From Caulobacterales bacterium (lineage in GTDB: Bacteria; Pseudomonadota; Alphaproteobacteria; Caulobacterales; Aquidulcibacteraceae), in assembly GCA_049314555.1 (NCBI GenBank), contig JBMOEW010000006.1, positions 23,100 through 87,099 on the forward strand: a stretch of 64,000 nt of DNA, in the 5' to 3' direction. The translations under genes and the position numbers were made by a program. This document shows, piece after piece, positions 32,968 to 43,187 of this stretch. The notes beneath the pieces are model-generated. The model worked only from the letters and a program-made list of their open reading frames with translations, did no database searches and was not told the DNA's origin. Each line of letters starts with the position of its first letter. Positions within the stretch are counted from its first letter, which is position 1.

Positions 32968-34203
32968 TCATCCGCGCCCCCCTTTTGGCCCCTTCGGTCC
33001 AACTTGCGCGCAAGCGACCGGCCCTGCAAGCGCGCGCGCCGCCACCCGCGCCACATCTTCCCCCGGCACCGCTTCAAAGCGCGCCGCCAGGCTTTCAAAG
33101 TCCATCAACTCGCCACGCAGAAAAACCTGGCTTGCCCGCGCATCAGCCCGCGCCGCAGGCGCCTCTGCTCCCATCAAAATGCTGGCCCGCAGCACTGCTT
33201 TCGCCCGCGCGAGCTCGGCCTCCGTTGGCCCATGGAGCGCCAGATCCTCAAGCCCCGCCGTGCTCAACCGGATCACTTCGTCGGCGTCCTTGGGCGCGCA
33301 GCCGGCATAAACCCCCATCCGCCCCACATCGTCGTAACCTTCCGCGAAGGCATCGATGGCGTAAACCAGGCCCCGCTTTTCCCGCACCTCTTGGAACAGG
33401 CGCGACGCCATGCCCCCGCCCAGGATCTCCGCCAAAACCCGCATCGTATAGGCGTCCGCGTGGCCCGTAGCCACCCCTGGCCAAGACAGCGTCAAATGGG
33501 TCTGCTCAAGCTTGCGAGCCTCCCGCACCACCCCGCCATGCGCTACCGCCGGCATCGGCGTAACATCGCGCCTTGAGGCCAAACCGCCAAAGCGCGCCTG
33601 CGCCGCAGCCAATAGCCGGTCACGGTCAAAGGCACCCGCAGCAGCCACCACCAAGCTCGGACCAGACAGATGCTTGTCGCGAAACGCCTGCAGCGTGCCA
33701 ACGTTGATGCCAGCCAACGTATCGGCCTGCCCCAGGATCGGCCGGCCAAGGGGCTGATCGGGAAACACCACGCCCTGCTGCAGCTCAAACACCCGATCAT
33801 CCGCCTGATCGAACGCCTCGCCCATCTCCTGCAGCACCACCGATTTTTCTTTTTCCAGGTCCTCAGGATCCCAATGCGGCGCAAGCACGATGTCGCTCAA
33901 CAGGTCCAGCGCAAAGCACGCATGCTCCTGCGTTACCCGCGCATAATACCCAGTCCGCTCATACCCGGTTGAGGCATTGACCATGCCGCCGACAGACTCG
34001 ATGGCCTCCGCAAAGGTCTTGGCATCGCGTCCGCCTGCGCCCTTGAACGCCATGTGCTCAAACAGGTGCGCAACCCCGTTTTCCACCGCCGCCTCAAACC
34101 GCGTCCCCACCCGCACATAAACCCCAACCGCCGTGGTGGCTAAGCCCGGCATTGGATCGAGCGCCACGCGCACCCCATTGGTCAGCGTGATCAGTTCTGC
34201 CAT
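32968..34203 (-). CDS. M16 family metallopeptidase (insulinase-like)
   Basis: The inverted zinc motif region reads GVAHLFEHMAFKG. ATG 34203 has a GGAG SD, and the ORF-track extension to 34443 runs inside thrC. Confidence 0.88.
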   Translation of the reverse strand: MAELITLTNGVRVALDPMPGLATTAVGVYVRVGTRFEAAVENGVAHLFEHMAFKGAGGRDAKTFAEAIESVGGMVNASTGYERTGYYARVTQEHACFALDLLSDIVLAPHWDPEDLEKEKSVVLQEMGEAFDQADDRVFELQQGVVFPDQPLGRPILGQADTLAGINVGTLQAFRDKHLSGPSLVVAAAGAFDRDRLLAAAQARFGGLASRRDVTPMPAVAHGGVVREARKLEQTHLTLSWPGVATGHADAYTMRVLAEILGGGMASRLFQEVREKRGLVYAIDAFAEGYDDVGRMGVYAGCAPKDADEVIRLSTAGLEDLALHGPTEAELARAKAVLRASILMGAEAPAARADARASQVFLRGELMDFESLAARFEAVPGEDVARVAARALAGPVACAQVGPKGPKGGRG

Positions 34204-35612
34204 GCACGGCTCCGTTCGCGGATAAAGGCTTTCACAGCCGTGACGTCGTTGGCGATGGGCATAATGGCCTCTGGGCGGGTCATCAGATCCGCGCAGTGCC
34301 CAGGCAACGCGGGCACTTGTCCGCAAGCCGTCGAAACGGTCTCTGGGAATTTCGCCGGATGCGCTGTCGCCAAGGTGACCCGCTGCCCCCCACGGGCCTC
34401 CAAGGCAGGCCACGCAGCCAACCCAACCGCCGTATGCGGACAAACCAGATACGGTGCCGGCCCGCCCGCAAATCGCGCCATCGTGGCGGAAGTGGTGGCA
34501 TCATCCACAGCGGTCGCAACAAAAGTTTCGCGCAGCCGCGCCAACGCAGAGGCTGGGATTTCAAACGCGCCGGTTTGTGCAAATTGCGCATACAGGCGCC
34601 CCACCTGCGCCCCATCGCGATCCAGCGCCTCAAACAGCATCCGCTCAAAATTGCTGGCCACCTGGATGTCCATCGCCGGCGACAACGTGGCGTGCGATGC
34701 ATGCGCGCGGGCATAAAGCCCGGTGGTCAATGCCCGTGCCAAGATGTCGTTGGCGTTGGTGGCAATCACGATCCGCCCGATGGCAGCCCCCATGCGTTTG
34801 GCCACATAGCCCGAAAACGCATCGCCAAAATTGCCCGTGGGCACCGCAAAATCCACCGGACCCGCAGCCCGCAGCGCCGCTGCTGCCAGTTGGTAATACA
34901 CACTCTGCGCCAAAATCCGCGCCCAGTTGATCGAATTCACCCCAGACAAATGCGCCCGCTCGGCAAAGCCGCGGTCCGCAAACATCGCCTTCACCAAGGC
35001 TTGGCAATCGTCAAAATCGCCGTCCACCGAAAGGGCGAACACATTGCCCGCGCCAGAAGCGGTCATGAACCGCCGCTGCACCTCAGAAACCCGCCCCGCC
35101 GGCAACAGCACAAACAGGTCCACCCGCGCGCTGGCCTTGAACGCCTCCACCGCCGCCCCGCCCGTATCGCCAGACGTGGCACACACCACACTCAATCGCT
35201 GCCCGCTGCGCGCCAGCGCCGCATCATAGAGCTGCGCGATCAACTGCATCGCCACGTCTTTGAACGAAAGCGACGGGCCATGAAACAGCTCAAGGGCAAA
35301 TTCGCCCGCCCCGATCTGCACCAGAGGCGTCACCGCGGCGGGCCAATGCCCCGCAACCCTAGCCTGCCGGCCGGCCCCAAGATAAGCCCGCTCAACGCAT
35401 CCCGCATCGGTGTCAAACCGCGACCCTTGCAGCGCCTCCAGCACCTGCAACGCCATGTCGCTAAAGCTATCGGTCCCCGCACCGTCAATCGCGCCCAAAG
35501 CCGGATAGCGCTCGGGCACATACAGTCCGCCATCAGGCGCAAGACCCGCCAAAATCGCGTCGGTGAAGGAAACCGCAGGGGCCTGCCCCCGCGTCGAGAT
35601 ATAGCGCATCAC
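34191..35612 (-). CDS. thrC: threonine synthase
   Basis: MRYISTRG..., and the PLP-lysine region FHGPSLSFKDVAMQ. Confidence 0.93.
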   Translation of the reverse strand: MMRYISTRGQAPAVSFTDAILAGLAPDGGLYVPERYPALGAIDGAGTDSFSDMALQVLEALQGSRFDTDAGCVERAYLGAGRQARVAGHWPAAVTPLVQIGAGEFALELFHGPSLSFKDVAMQLIAQLYDAALARSGQRLSVVCATSGDTGGAAVEAFKASARVDLFVLLPAGRVSEVQRRFMTASGAGNVFALSVDGDFDDCQALVKAMFADRGFAERAHLSGVNSINWARILAQSVYYQLAAAALRAAGPVDFAVPTGNFGDAFSGYVAKRMGAAIGRIVIATNANDILARALTTGLYARAHASHATLSPAMDIQVASNFERMLFEALDRDGAQVGRLYAQFAQTGAFEIPASALARLRETFVATAVDDATTSATMARFAGGPAPYLVCPHTAVGLAAWPALEARGGQRVTLATAHPAKFPETVSTACGQVPALPGHCADLMTRPEAIMPIANDVTAVKAFIRERSRAWQN

Positions 35613-35620
35613 CTACCGCT

Positions 35621-36298
35621 TTAGGCCCTCGGCCCCCCAAAGCGCAACCGCCCGCTGGAGGCGTGATAGGCGAAGTAAACCCCCACAAGAACAAGCGCCA
35701 GGCCCCACCAGGTGATCGCATAGCCCAAATGCTGCGCCGGCGGCGTGGAATCGACACGCGCCTGCGCGAACGGGTTGGGCGAAGCGCGCCCATCTTCTCC
35801 AACATAGGCGATGGCGATAATCCGGGACGTATCCACCGGACCATCGAGCCCCGCCGCTGCAGCCATTGCCGCCGGATCAACGCTGAACCACACCCGCGCC
35901 GTTGGATCGTTGGCAGGGGCCAGCGGTCCAACAGGCTTGACCGGCTTGGCCACCCCAGAAAGCTGTGCCCCAAACCGCAACGCGCCCGGATACTCCACCC
36001 CTTGCCAGTCCGGCGGCTGTGGGCCAGCGATGTAGGCGGCGTCCACGAAAGTGATCAATTCACCGAGCTTCACGGGTGCCAAAACGCGCCACCCAGGCCC
36101 GCCTTCGGCCACCCCATACAAAAGCTGCACCCCATCCTGTACAGGGGTATAGTCCTGCAGCGCGACCTCCAGCACCGGAGCCTCCGCAGCGGCGCTTTCG
36201 TGGACATATTTGTCCCACTGCCAGCGGCCAAACATCAGCAGAACCAACAGCGCGAGCAGCGCCAAACCACTCAGAACGGGCAGCGGTCGAAAGCGCAT
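35621..36298 (-). CDS. SURF1 family cytochrome oxidase assembly protein
   Basis: The N-terminal TM segment with GRWQWDKY and the C-terminal HLGYAITWWGLALVLVGVY are typical of SURF1. Confidence 0.88.
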   Translation of the reverse strand: MRFRPLPVLSGLALLALLVLLMFGRWQWDKYVHESAAAEAPVLEVALQDYTPVQDGVQLLYGVAEGGPGWRVLAPVKLGELITFVDAAYIAGPQPPDWQGVEYPGALRFGAQLSGVAKPVKPVGPLAPANDPTARVWFSVDPAAMAAAAGLDGPVDTSRIIAIAYVGEDGRASPNPFAQARVDSTPPAQHLGYAITWWGLALVLVGVYFAYHASSGRLRFGGPRA

Positions 36299-36328
36299 CA
36301 CAGCGCCCTCCAACACGCGCAAAACCGA

Positions 36329-36706
36329 TCATTCGTCATGCTGGTCCATCCCCGGCGTTCTCGCCTCGCCCGCTTTATGGTGCCACTGCAGCGCAAACAA
36401 GACGGCCTTGAAAATCGGCAAAAGCGCCAGGGACAAGGCAAGCGTCAGGCCAAACGCAACCCCAAGCACCACAAAGCTCGGCGCATGCAAACCAAGCTGC
36501 AAGACCACCGCCACCGGCACAACGATGGCCCCCACCACAAACATCACGAACACCGCCGGCCCATCGCCCGCGTCCGCAATACGGAAATCGGCGTGGCAAA
36601 CGCCACACCGATCCGCAAACGTCAGATACTTCGAAAACACCTTACCCTTGCCACATGCCGGACAGGTCTGCGTCAGGCCCGCGACGATGGGGGAAACGAC
36701 GCTCAA
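36329..36706 (-). CDS. DUF983 domain protein
   Basis: CPACGKGKVFSKYLTFADRCGVCHADF zinc-ribbon-like motif plus two TM helices. The start is inferred as TTG 36706, just after the ctaE stop, because the upstream part of the ORF overlaps ctaE. Confidence 0.7.
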   Translation of the reverse strand: MSVVSPIVAGLTQTCPACGKGKVFSKYLTFADRCGVCHADFRIADAGDGPAVFVMFVVGAIVVPVAVVLQLGLHAPSFVVLGVAFGLTLALSLALLPIFKAVLFALQWHHKAGEARTPGMDQHDE

Positions 36707-36710
36707 GCGT

Positions 36711-37634
36711 CTATCTCCCCTCCGCCAGATAAGGCACGACATACACGAACGCGAACAGGAACAACCAAACCACGTCCACGAAGTGCCAATACCAAGCCGC
36801 CGCTTCAAACCCGAAGTGTTTTTGCGGCGTGAACCCGCCAGACAGCAGCCGCAACAGGCACACCGCCAGGAAGATCGTGCCAATCACCACGTGCGCGCCG
36901 TGAAAGCCCGTCGCCATGAAGAACGACGCCCCATATAGGCTCGCACCCTCGTTGGGGTTGCCGTAAATGAAGGCCGCGTGGCTGTATTCATAGATCTGTA
37001 GCGCCGTGAACGCCAAGCCGAGCACAACCGTCAAGGCCAACCCAAGCTTTGCCCCAGACCGATCGCCCTGCTGCAGCGCATGGTGCGCCCAGGTGACGGT
37101 GGTGCCAGACAACAACAGCACCAGCGTGTTCATCAGCGGCAGATAGAACGGGTCAAACTGCTCGACCCGCGGTGGCGGCCAGTTGGCCCAGGCAGCCGCG
37201 GTCGCCGCGTCCCACGTCGGCACATACCACGAGGCGCGCACCTCGTGGAAAATCGCCATCTCAAAGAACACCCAGAACCAGGCCACAAAGAACATGACCT
37301 CAGACGCGATGAACAAGATCATGCCGTAACGCAGGCCAATATCCACCACCGGCTTGTGATCGCCTTGCCGGCTTTCCTTGATCACGTCGCTCCACCAGGC
37401 AGCAGCCGTCGCCACCAACCCGACCGCCCCGACCGCAAAGATCCAAGGAGCGCCTTTGCCAAAGATGATTTGCATTAGGCTGCGGGCTTGTCCTTCCGGG
37501 GGCGCCTCCACCAACCCATGCATCATCGTGATAAAGCCAAGCGCCACCAGAAACAGCGAGAGCGAGGCCACGAACGGCCACGGGCTCGGGTTCACCAAGT
37601 GAAAGTCGTGCTTAACTTCGCTACCGTGCGCCAT
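36711..37634 (-). CDS. ctaE: cytochrome c oxidase subunit 3
   Basis: HDFHLVNPSPWPF..., FFMATGFHGAHVVIGT, and AAAWYWHFVDVVWLFLF. Confidence 0.95.
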   Translation of the reverse strand: MAHGSEVKHDFHLVNPSPWPFVASLSLFLVALGFITMMHGLVEAPPEGQARSLMQIIFGKGAPWIFAVGAVGLVATAAAWWSDVIKESRQGDHKPVVDIGLRYGMILFIASEVMFFVAWFWVFFEMAIFHEVRASWYVPTWDAATAAAWANWPPPRVEQFDPFYLPLMNTLVLLLSGTTVTWAHHALQQGDRSGAKLGLALTVVLGLAFTALQIYEYSHAAFIYGNPNEGASLYGASFFMATGFHGAHVVIGTIFLAVCLLRLLSGGFTPQKHFGFEAAAWYWHFVDVVWLFLFAFVYVVPYLAEGR

Positions 37635-37723
37635 GATCGCCCGTTCCCTCGCCAGTCTTGCGGCCTAGGGGCAAACCGTGCCCCAAGACTCAACCTATCC
37701 ATGCTCAAGCCAGAGCCTGTAAC

Positions 37724-38347
37724 TCAGCCCGCGTCTCCCGCCAAGGCACGCGGTGCCGCAGCGGTGTCCAACGCGTCTTCAGCAGCGTCATCCATCGAGC
37801 GGTGCATCGTGTAACTGAGCGTCACAGTGCGAACTTCTTCCACATTGATGTCGTCCGCCAATTCCGGCGCCACATAGAAAATCACGGGGAATTCTTTGGT
37901 TTCCCCCGGTTGGATCACCTGCTCCTGAAAACAGAAGCACTGCATTTTGTGGAAATAAATCCCCGTTTTGTGGGGCGTGACATTGTAGCTCGCCACCGTC
38001 GTCACCGGCCGGTCCGAGGGATTGTGCATGGTAAAATATACCAGCGCCGTTTCCCCAAGGCGCACAACGCTCGGCGTGGCCGGCCCGTTCAGCTCCAGCG
38101 GTAAACCGACGGCCACATTGGTATCGAAACGCACTTCCATCGTGCGTGCCAGCACCGCCGTGGGGGCCGCTTGCGCCACCTGGGTTGTGCCGCCGTACCC
38201 GGTCACTTGGCAAAACAAGCGGTAAAGCGGAACAGCCGCAAACGACAGCCCCACCATGCCCGCCACCAAAGCCACGCAGGCCGCAGCGCTCACCGCCATG
38301 CGCCGCTGCTTGGCACGATCAAGCCCGTTGTGCCCATAGGGGTTCAT
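37724..38347 (-). CDS. ctaG: cytochrome c oxidase assembly protein CtaG/Cox11
   Basis: FAAVPLYRLFCQVTGYGGT, and KMQCFCFQEQ (copper-binding CFCF). Confidence 0.92.
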   Translation of the reverse strand: MNPYGHNGLDRAKQRRMAVSAAACVALVAGMVGLSFAAVPLYRLFCQVTGYGGTTQVAQAAPTAVLARTMEVRFDTNVAVGLPLELNGPATPSVVRLGETALVYFTMHNPSDRPVTTVASYNVTPHKTGIYFHKMQCFCFQEQVIQPGETKEFPVIFYVAPELADDINVEEVRTVTLSYTMHRSMDDAAEDALDTAAAPRALAGDAG

Positions 38348-38357
38348 CAGCAGGTCC

Positions 38358-38510
38358 TCACAATGGCCGGTCCAGCACAGCCGCGCCAAGCTGGCTGACC
38401 GTGACGCCGAACACTAAAAGCATCAACACAAACAACAGCCAGCCCAGCACTGCATTGCGCCGCTTGCGGGCCTGCAGCTGGTCTGGGGTCAAGCGCACAC
38501 CGTCGCTCAT
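38358..38510 (-). CDS. small single-TM protein between ctaB and ctaG
   Basis: 50 aa, MSDGVRLTPDQLQARKRRNAVLGWLLFVLMLLVFGVTVSQL. Its start overlaps the ctaB stop (ATGA), and third-position GC looks coding-like. Confidence 0.55.
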   Translation of the reverse strand: MSDGVRLTPDQLQARKRRNAVLGWLLFVLMLLVFGVTVSQLGAAVLDRPL

Positions 38511-39535
38511 GCGCCACCGCCCGCCAACGCTGGCATCACAAACGGCGTAGCCCAATGCAGGCCCGCGCCGTGTTCCACCAGCAACGCGGCAAACAGGCAA
38601 AACAAATAGCCAATCGAAAACGCAAACAGGTCCCGCGCGGCCTTGTCCCCGCGTTGCACGGCGTAAAGATCGGCATCGCCCACCGCACCGCTCTCCCCGG
38701 CCCGCGAGGCAAACACCCGAACCGCCAAAAGCACGAACAACGCGCCCCCAAGCCCGGCCGCCACCGCATAGAGCCCGCCGCCAAGCCCCGTTAGCACCGG
38801 CACAAAACCGAGCGGTGCCATGACCAAGGCATAAAGCAGGATCTGCAGCCGCGCAGCCTTCGGCCCGCGCGTCACCGGCAGCATCGGCACCCCGGCAGCC
38901 GCATAGTCACCCTTCTGATAAAGGCAGAGCGCCCAAAAGTGCGGCGGCGTCCAAAAGAAGATGATCGCCACCAGAATTGCTGGGTCAAGCGACAGCCCGC
39001 CGGTCTTGGCAGCCCATGCCACCGCCGGTGGCAAGGCCCCGGCCAAGCCCCCGATCACGATGTTCTGCGCGGTCCGCCGCTTCAGCCACATCGTGTAAAC
39101 CACCGCATAAAACCAGATGGTGAAGGCAAGCAGCACCGCCGCGAACGTGCCGCCGGCCAGCGCCATCATCAGCACCGACAGGCCAGACACCATCAGCCCC
39201 AGCATTAGGGCTTCGTCCTTTGGCACGCGGCCAGCGGGAACCGGACGCCCCCGGGTCCGCACCATTTTCGCGTCGATGTCGGCGTCGTACCACATGTTGA
39301 GCGCGCCGGCCGCGCCGGCCCCGCACGCGATCGCCAGGATCGACACAAACCCCAGCACCAGATCGCCTGCCCCCGGTGCCGCAACGTAGCCCGCAAGCGC
39401 CGTAAACACGACCAGGCTCATTACCCGCGGCTTCATCAGCGCAAGATAGTCGCCTGGCAGCGCCGCCAAAGAATCCGCCGGCGGCCGTGGCCGGTTCGCC
39501 GGCTCAGGATTGTCCTGAAGAGCTGTATCGCTCAC
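38507..39535 (-). CDS. ctaB: heme o synthase (protoheme IX farnesyltransferase)
   Basis: YLALMKPRVMSLVVFTALAGY..., NMWYDADIDAKMVRTRGRP, and FFWTPPHFWAL. Confidence 0.93.
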   Translation of the reverse strand: MSDTALQDNPEPANRPRPPADSLAALPGDYLALMKPRVMSLVVFTALAGYVAAPGAGDLVLGFVSILAIACGAGAAGALNMWYDADIDAKMVRTRGRPVPAGRVPKDEALMLGLMVSGLSVLMMALAGGTFAAVLLAFTIWFYAVVYTMWLKRRTAQNIVIGGLAGALPPAVAWAAKTGGLSLDPAILVAIIFFWTPPHFWALCLYQKGDYAAAGVPMLPVTRGPKAARLQILLYALVMAPLGFVPVLTGLGGGLYAVAAGLGGALFVLLAVRVFASRAGESGAVGDADLYAVQRGDKAARDLFAFSIGYLFCLFAALLVEHGAGLHWATPFVMPALAGGGA

Positions 39536-39598
39536 GAAAACACCTCACTGTCCGGCGAGGCAAGAGGCGCAGACGACCGTCAGCGCCCCCGGACACTT

Positions 39599-39646
39599 GC
39601 AAAAAACGTCACCTCGCCCCTGAGACAAAGGCCCCAAGGGCGAGGC
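39599..39646 (-). terminator. Rho-independent terminator downstream of ctaD
   Basis: On the reverse strand, an 8-bp stem CCTCGCCC/GGGCGAGG (39645-39638 / 39619-39612) is followed by TGACG and then TTTTTT (39606-39601). Confidence 0.55.
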
Positions 39647-39680
39647 AGGCGACATCCATTGCCGCAACAGATCCGACCGA

Positions 39681-41411
39681 TCAGTGGTGCTTATCGGCCG
39701 TGATCACAGGCAGTTCGTTGAACTGGTGGAATGGCGGCGGCGAAGACAGCGTCCATTCAAGGGTTGTTGCCCCTTCACCCCAGGGGTTGTTCCCTGCCTT
39801 GCGGCGAACAAGGAACATCTCCGCAAGCACCAGCAGGAAGATCAAAGTCCCCACAGCCGTGATCACATACCCGATCGATGAAACGCCGTTCCAATAGGCA
39901 AACGCGTCTGGATAGTCAATGTAGCGGCGCGGCATCCCCTGCAGCCCAAGGAAGTGTTGCGGGAAGAAGATGATGTTCACGCCCACGAACGTGATCCAGA
40001 AATGCAGCCCCGCCAGGAACCCGTTGTAGCGATAGCCGCTCATCTTCGGGATCCAGTAATAGAAGCCCGCAAAGATCGCAAACACCGCCCCAAGGCTCAG
40101 CACATAGTGGAAGTGCGCCACCACATAGTAGGTGTCGTGCAGAACGGTATCGATGCCAGAATTGGCGAGAACCACGCCGGTAACCCCGCCCACGGTGAAC
40201 AGGAAGATAAACCCGATCGCCCACAGCATCGGCACTTTGAAGTCCAACGAGCCGCCCCACATCGTGGCGACCCAGCTGAAAATCTTGATCCCAGTCGGCA
40301 CCGCAATCACCATCGTCGCGGCCACGAAATAGGCTTCCAAATCAAAGCCCATCCCCACCGTATACATGTGGTGCGCCCAAACGATGAAGCCGATGAACCC
40401 GATCGACACCATGGCGTACGCCATGCCGAGATAGCCAAACACCGGCTTGCGCGAGAACGTCGAGACGATGTGGCTGATCATCCCGAACCCGGGCAGGATC
40501 AGAATGTACACTTCCGGATGTCCGAAGAACCAGAACAAGTGCTGGTACATTACCGGATCGCCACCACCCGCCGGGTTGAAGAACGTGGTTTGGAACAACC
40601 GGTCTGTCAAAAGCATGGTCAATGCGCCAGCCAGCACCGGCAGCGACAGCAGCAGCAAGAAGGCCGTCACCAACACCGACCACACAAACAACGGCATCCG
40701 GTGCATGGTCATGCCCGGCGCGCGCATATTGAAGATCGTGGTGATGAAGTTGATCGCGCCCAAAATCGAACTGATCCCAGCAATGTGCAGCGAAAGGATC
40801 AGCAGGTCCATCGACGGACCCGTATGATAAATGTTCGTGGACAGCGGCGGATACAGCGTCCAGCCGCCGCCAAAGCCCGGCCCCGCCGGCCCCCCCGGTA
40901 CCAGCATCGAAATCACCGCCAGCGTGAAGCTGAACGGCAACAGCCAGAACGAGATGTTGTTCATCCGCGGGAAGGCCATGTCCGGCGCACCGATCATGAT
41001 CGGCACAAACCAGTTCCCAAAGCCCCCGATCATCGCCGGCATGACCATGAAGAAGATCATGATCAAGGCGTGATAGGTGATCAGCACGTTATAGAAGTGC
41101 TTGGCTTGGTCCACGCGCCAGTCCCAGAACTGGGCCGCGTTCATCGCCCCAGAGGCGACCTGCGCCTTGATGCTCTCTGGCACCTGCACGAAATGCGGCA
41201 ACACGGTCACGCCCGGCTCCGCCAACTCCCAGCGGATCATCCCAGACATGATCCCGCCGATCAGCCCCGCGATGATCGCGAAGATCAGATACATCGTGCC
41301 GATGTCTTTGTGGTTCGTCGAATAAACCCAGCGCTTCCAATCCAGAAGCTTGGGCCGGTGATCATCGTGGACCACGTCGTGGGCCACATTTTCCGCGGTC
41401 TGCGCGCTCAT
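39681..41411 (-). CDS. ctaD: cytochrome c oxidase subunit 1
   Basis: [15 protein letters not shown]..., [17 protein letters not shown], and [13 protein letters not shown]. Confidence 0.96.
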   Translation of the reverse strand: MSAQTAENVAHDVVHDDHRPKLLDWKRWVYSTNHKDIGTMYLIFAIIAGLIGGIMSGMIRWELAEPGVTVLPHFVQVPESIKAQVASGAMNAAQFWDWRVDQAKHFYNVLITYHALIMIFFMVMPAMIGGFGNWFVPIMIGAPDMAFPRMNNISFWLLPFSFTLAVISMLVPGGPAGPGFGGGWTLYPPLSTNIYHTGPSMDLLILSLHIAGISSILGAINFITTIFNMRAPGMTMHRMPLFVWSVLVTAFLLLLSLPVLAGALTMLLTDRLFQTTFFNPAGGGDPVMYQHLFWFFGHPEVYILILPGFGMISHIVSTFSRKPVFGYLGMAYAMVSIGFIGFIVWAHHMYTVGMGFDLEAYFVAATMVIAVPTGIKIFSWVATMWGGSLDFKVPMLWAIGFIFLFTVGGVTGVVLANSGIDTVLHDTYYVVAHFHYVLSLGAVFAIFAGFYYWIPKMSGYRYNGFLAGLHFWITFVGVNIIFFPQHFLGLQGMPRRYIDYPDAFAYWNGVSSIGYVITAVGTLIFLLVLAEMFLVRRKAGNNPWGEGATTLEWTLSSPPPFHQFNELPVITADKHH

Positions 41412-41429
41412 CCCCGTCTCCTCAGAATA

Positions 41430-42296
41430 TCAGCGGGCCGGAGCCGCAGCGGGGGTCGCCGCTGCGCTGGCCTGGATGGCGGTGCCACCTTGCGATTCAA
41501 TCCAGCGGTTAAACTCCGCCCGGCTTACGGCCCGAACCTCGATCGGCATGTAGGCGTGGTTCTTGCCGCACAACTCAGAGCACTGGCCATAGAAAATGCC
41601 TTCTTGGTTCACGTTGAACCACCCCTCGTTGATGCGTCCGGGGATCGCATCCTCCTTCACCCCGAACGCGGGCATCGCCCACGAATGGATGACATCGTTC
41701 GAGGTCACCTGGATCCGCACCACGGTGTCCACTGGCACGTAAATCGGGTTATCCACTGCCAACAACGCCGGCCGGCCTTCCGCCCGGGCTTGGTCCTCTG
41801 GCAGCATGTTGGAATAGACTTGCACGGCACCGTTGTCGGGATACTCGTATTGCCAGTTCCAGCTGTTGCCGATCGCCTTGATCGTCAGCTCCGCCGGCGG
41901 CACCCGCTCTTCTTCATACAAAAGCGGGAACGATTTCCACGCGATCGCCACCAGGATGAACACCGGGATCACGGTCCACAGCACTTCCACGGCGACATTA
42001 TGGGTGAACGTCTTTGGCGTTGGATTGGCGCGCCGGTTATAGCGCACCACAACCCAGATCAGCAGCGCCAACACAAACAAAGTGATCACAGTGATGATCA
42101 CCAACACGAAATTGTGAAAGTCGGCGATATCTTGCTTCACCTCAGTCGCGGCTGGCTGGAAATCGATCGCGCCGGGCGTTGGTTGGCCCATCAAGTCCGC
42201 GTTCGCCATCGCTTGGCCAGCAAAGCTCCAGCCCCCAAGCACCCCCGCCAGCATCAAGCCTGCCCGACCCTGCATCTTCTTTGCCCAGTTCCCCAC
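41430..42296 (-). CDS. ctaC: cytochrome c oxidase subunit 2
   Basis: CuA site VIHSWAMPAFGVKEDAIPGR...GQCSELCGKNHAYMP. The exact start is uncertain. Confidence 0.93.
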   Translation of the reverse strand: MGNWAKKMQGRAGLMLAGVLGGWSFAGQAMANADLMGQPTPGAIDFQPAATEVKQDIADFHNFVLVIITVITLFVLALLIWVVVRYNRRANPTPKTFTHNVAVEVLWTVIPVFILVAIAWKSFPLLYEEERVPPAELTIKAIGNSWNWQYEYPDNGAVQVYSNMLPEDQARAEGRPALLAVDNPIYVPVDTVVRIQVTSNDVIHSWAMPAFGVKEDAIPGRINEGWFNVNQEGIFYGQCSELCGKNHAYMPIEVRAVSRAEFNRWIESQGGTAIQASAAATPAAAPAR

Positions 42297-42477
42297 GTGT
42301 GGGTCTCCCTCACGTTTGCATTCTTACCGACACGCGCAGTAGCGCGCTTCGCAACCAAAGCATATACTTCTGATCGCATTCAAAGCGACAGACGCACGCC
42401 GTTTTGTCGCACTTTAACCACATACAAGACCCAACTGGCCCAAGCAGGCCAACCGCGGTCGCAACGAGGGTATTTGC

Positions 42478-43173
42478 ATGAGCCGAAGCGCCACACCAAC
42501 ACGCGTTTTCGGCTACAGCCTTGCCACGCTTTGCGCAACCGTAGTCATGGCAGCGCTTGCAGTTGCCCAGCCCAACAACCCAGAAAACCGCAACAGGGAC
42601 TCCACCGCCCGCACCTCCGTCGGCGCGCCCTATGCCACCTTGTGCGCCGAAGCCGCCGCCGCCGGCCGCACCGACGATGAAGCCGCCGCCGCCTGCGACC
42701 GTGCCGTCCAGTCCGAGCGGCTCAACCGCACCAATATGATTGCGACACAAATCAACCGCGGCGCTGTGTATCTGCGCCGGCGCGACGGCCGCAACGCCCT
42801 AGACGCCTACCAATCGGTGCTCCGCCTGGACGACGATCACGCCCAGGCGCTGCTTTCCAGTGGCATTGCCTACGACATGGTAGGCCAACCAGGCCCCGCT
42901 GTCGCATCGATCACCAGGGCCCTCACCCTTGGCATCGACCGGCCCTACACGGCTTATTACTACCGCGCCCGCGCCCGTGAAGCCCTGGGCGATGTCCGCG
43001 GCGCCTACGAAGACTACCGCACCGCCATCGAGATCGAACCGAACTGGGAGCCAGCCTTCGAGGAATTGGCCCGGTTCGCCCGCGTCCGTCGCGACCAACT
43101 GGCCGAGCTCGTCGCCGAAGGCGATGGCGAGGTCAATTCTGATCCCCCCGCGTCCCCAGGCGGACAAAGATGA
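42478..43173 (+). CDS. secreted tetratricopeptide-repeat protein
   Basis: Signal peptide ...AALAVAQ, with TPR-like helices (YYYRARAREALGDVRGAYEDYRTAIEIEPNW). Confidence 0.75.
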   Translation: MSRSATPTRVFGYSLATLCATVVMAALAVAQPNNPENRNRDSTARTSVGAPYATLCAEAAAAGRTDDEAAAACDRAVQSERLNRTNMIATQINRGAVYLRRRDGRNALDAYQSVLRLDDDHAQALLSSGIAYDMVGQPGPAVASITRALTLGIDRPYTAYYYRARAREALGDVRGAYEDYRTAIEIEPNWEPAFEELARFARVRRDQLAELVAEGDGEVNSDPPASPGGQR

Positions 43174-43187
43174 CCAGGAGGACAAAA

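Noticed and set aside
39954-42680. 908-aa ORF on the plus strand, the longest unassigned ORF in the track
   Set aside because: It lies entirely antisense to ctaD and ctaC, whose translations carry unmistakable oxidase motifs. Its own product is an Arg/His/Pro-rich low-complexity string, typical of stop-poor antisense frames in high-GC DNA.
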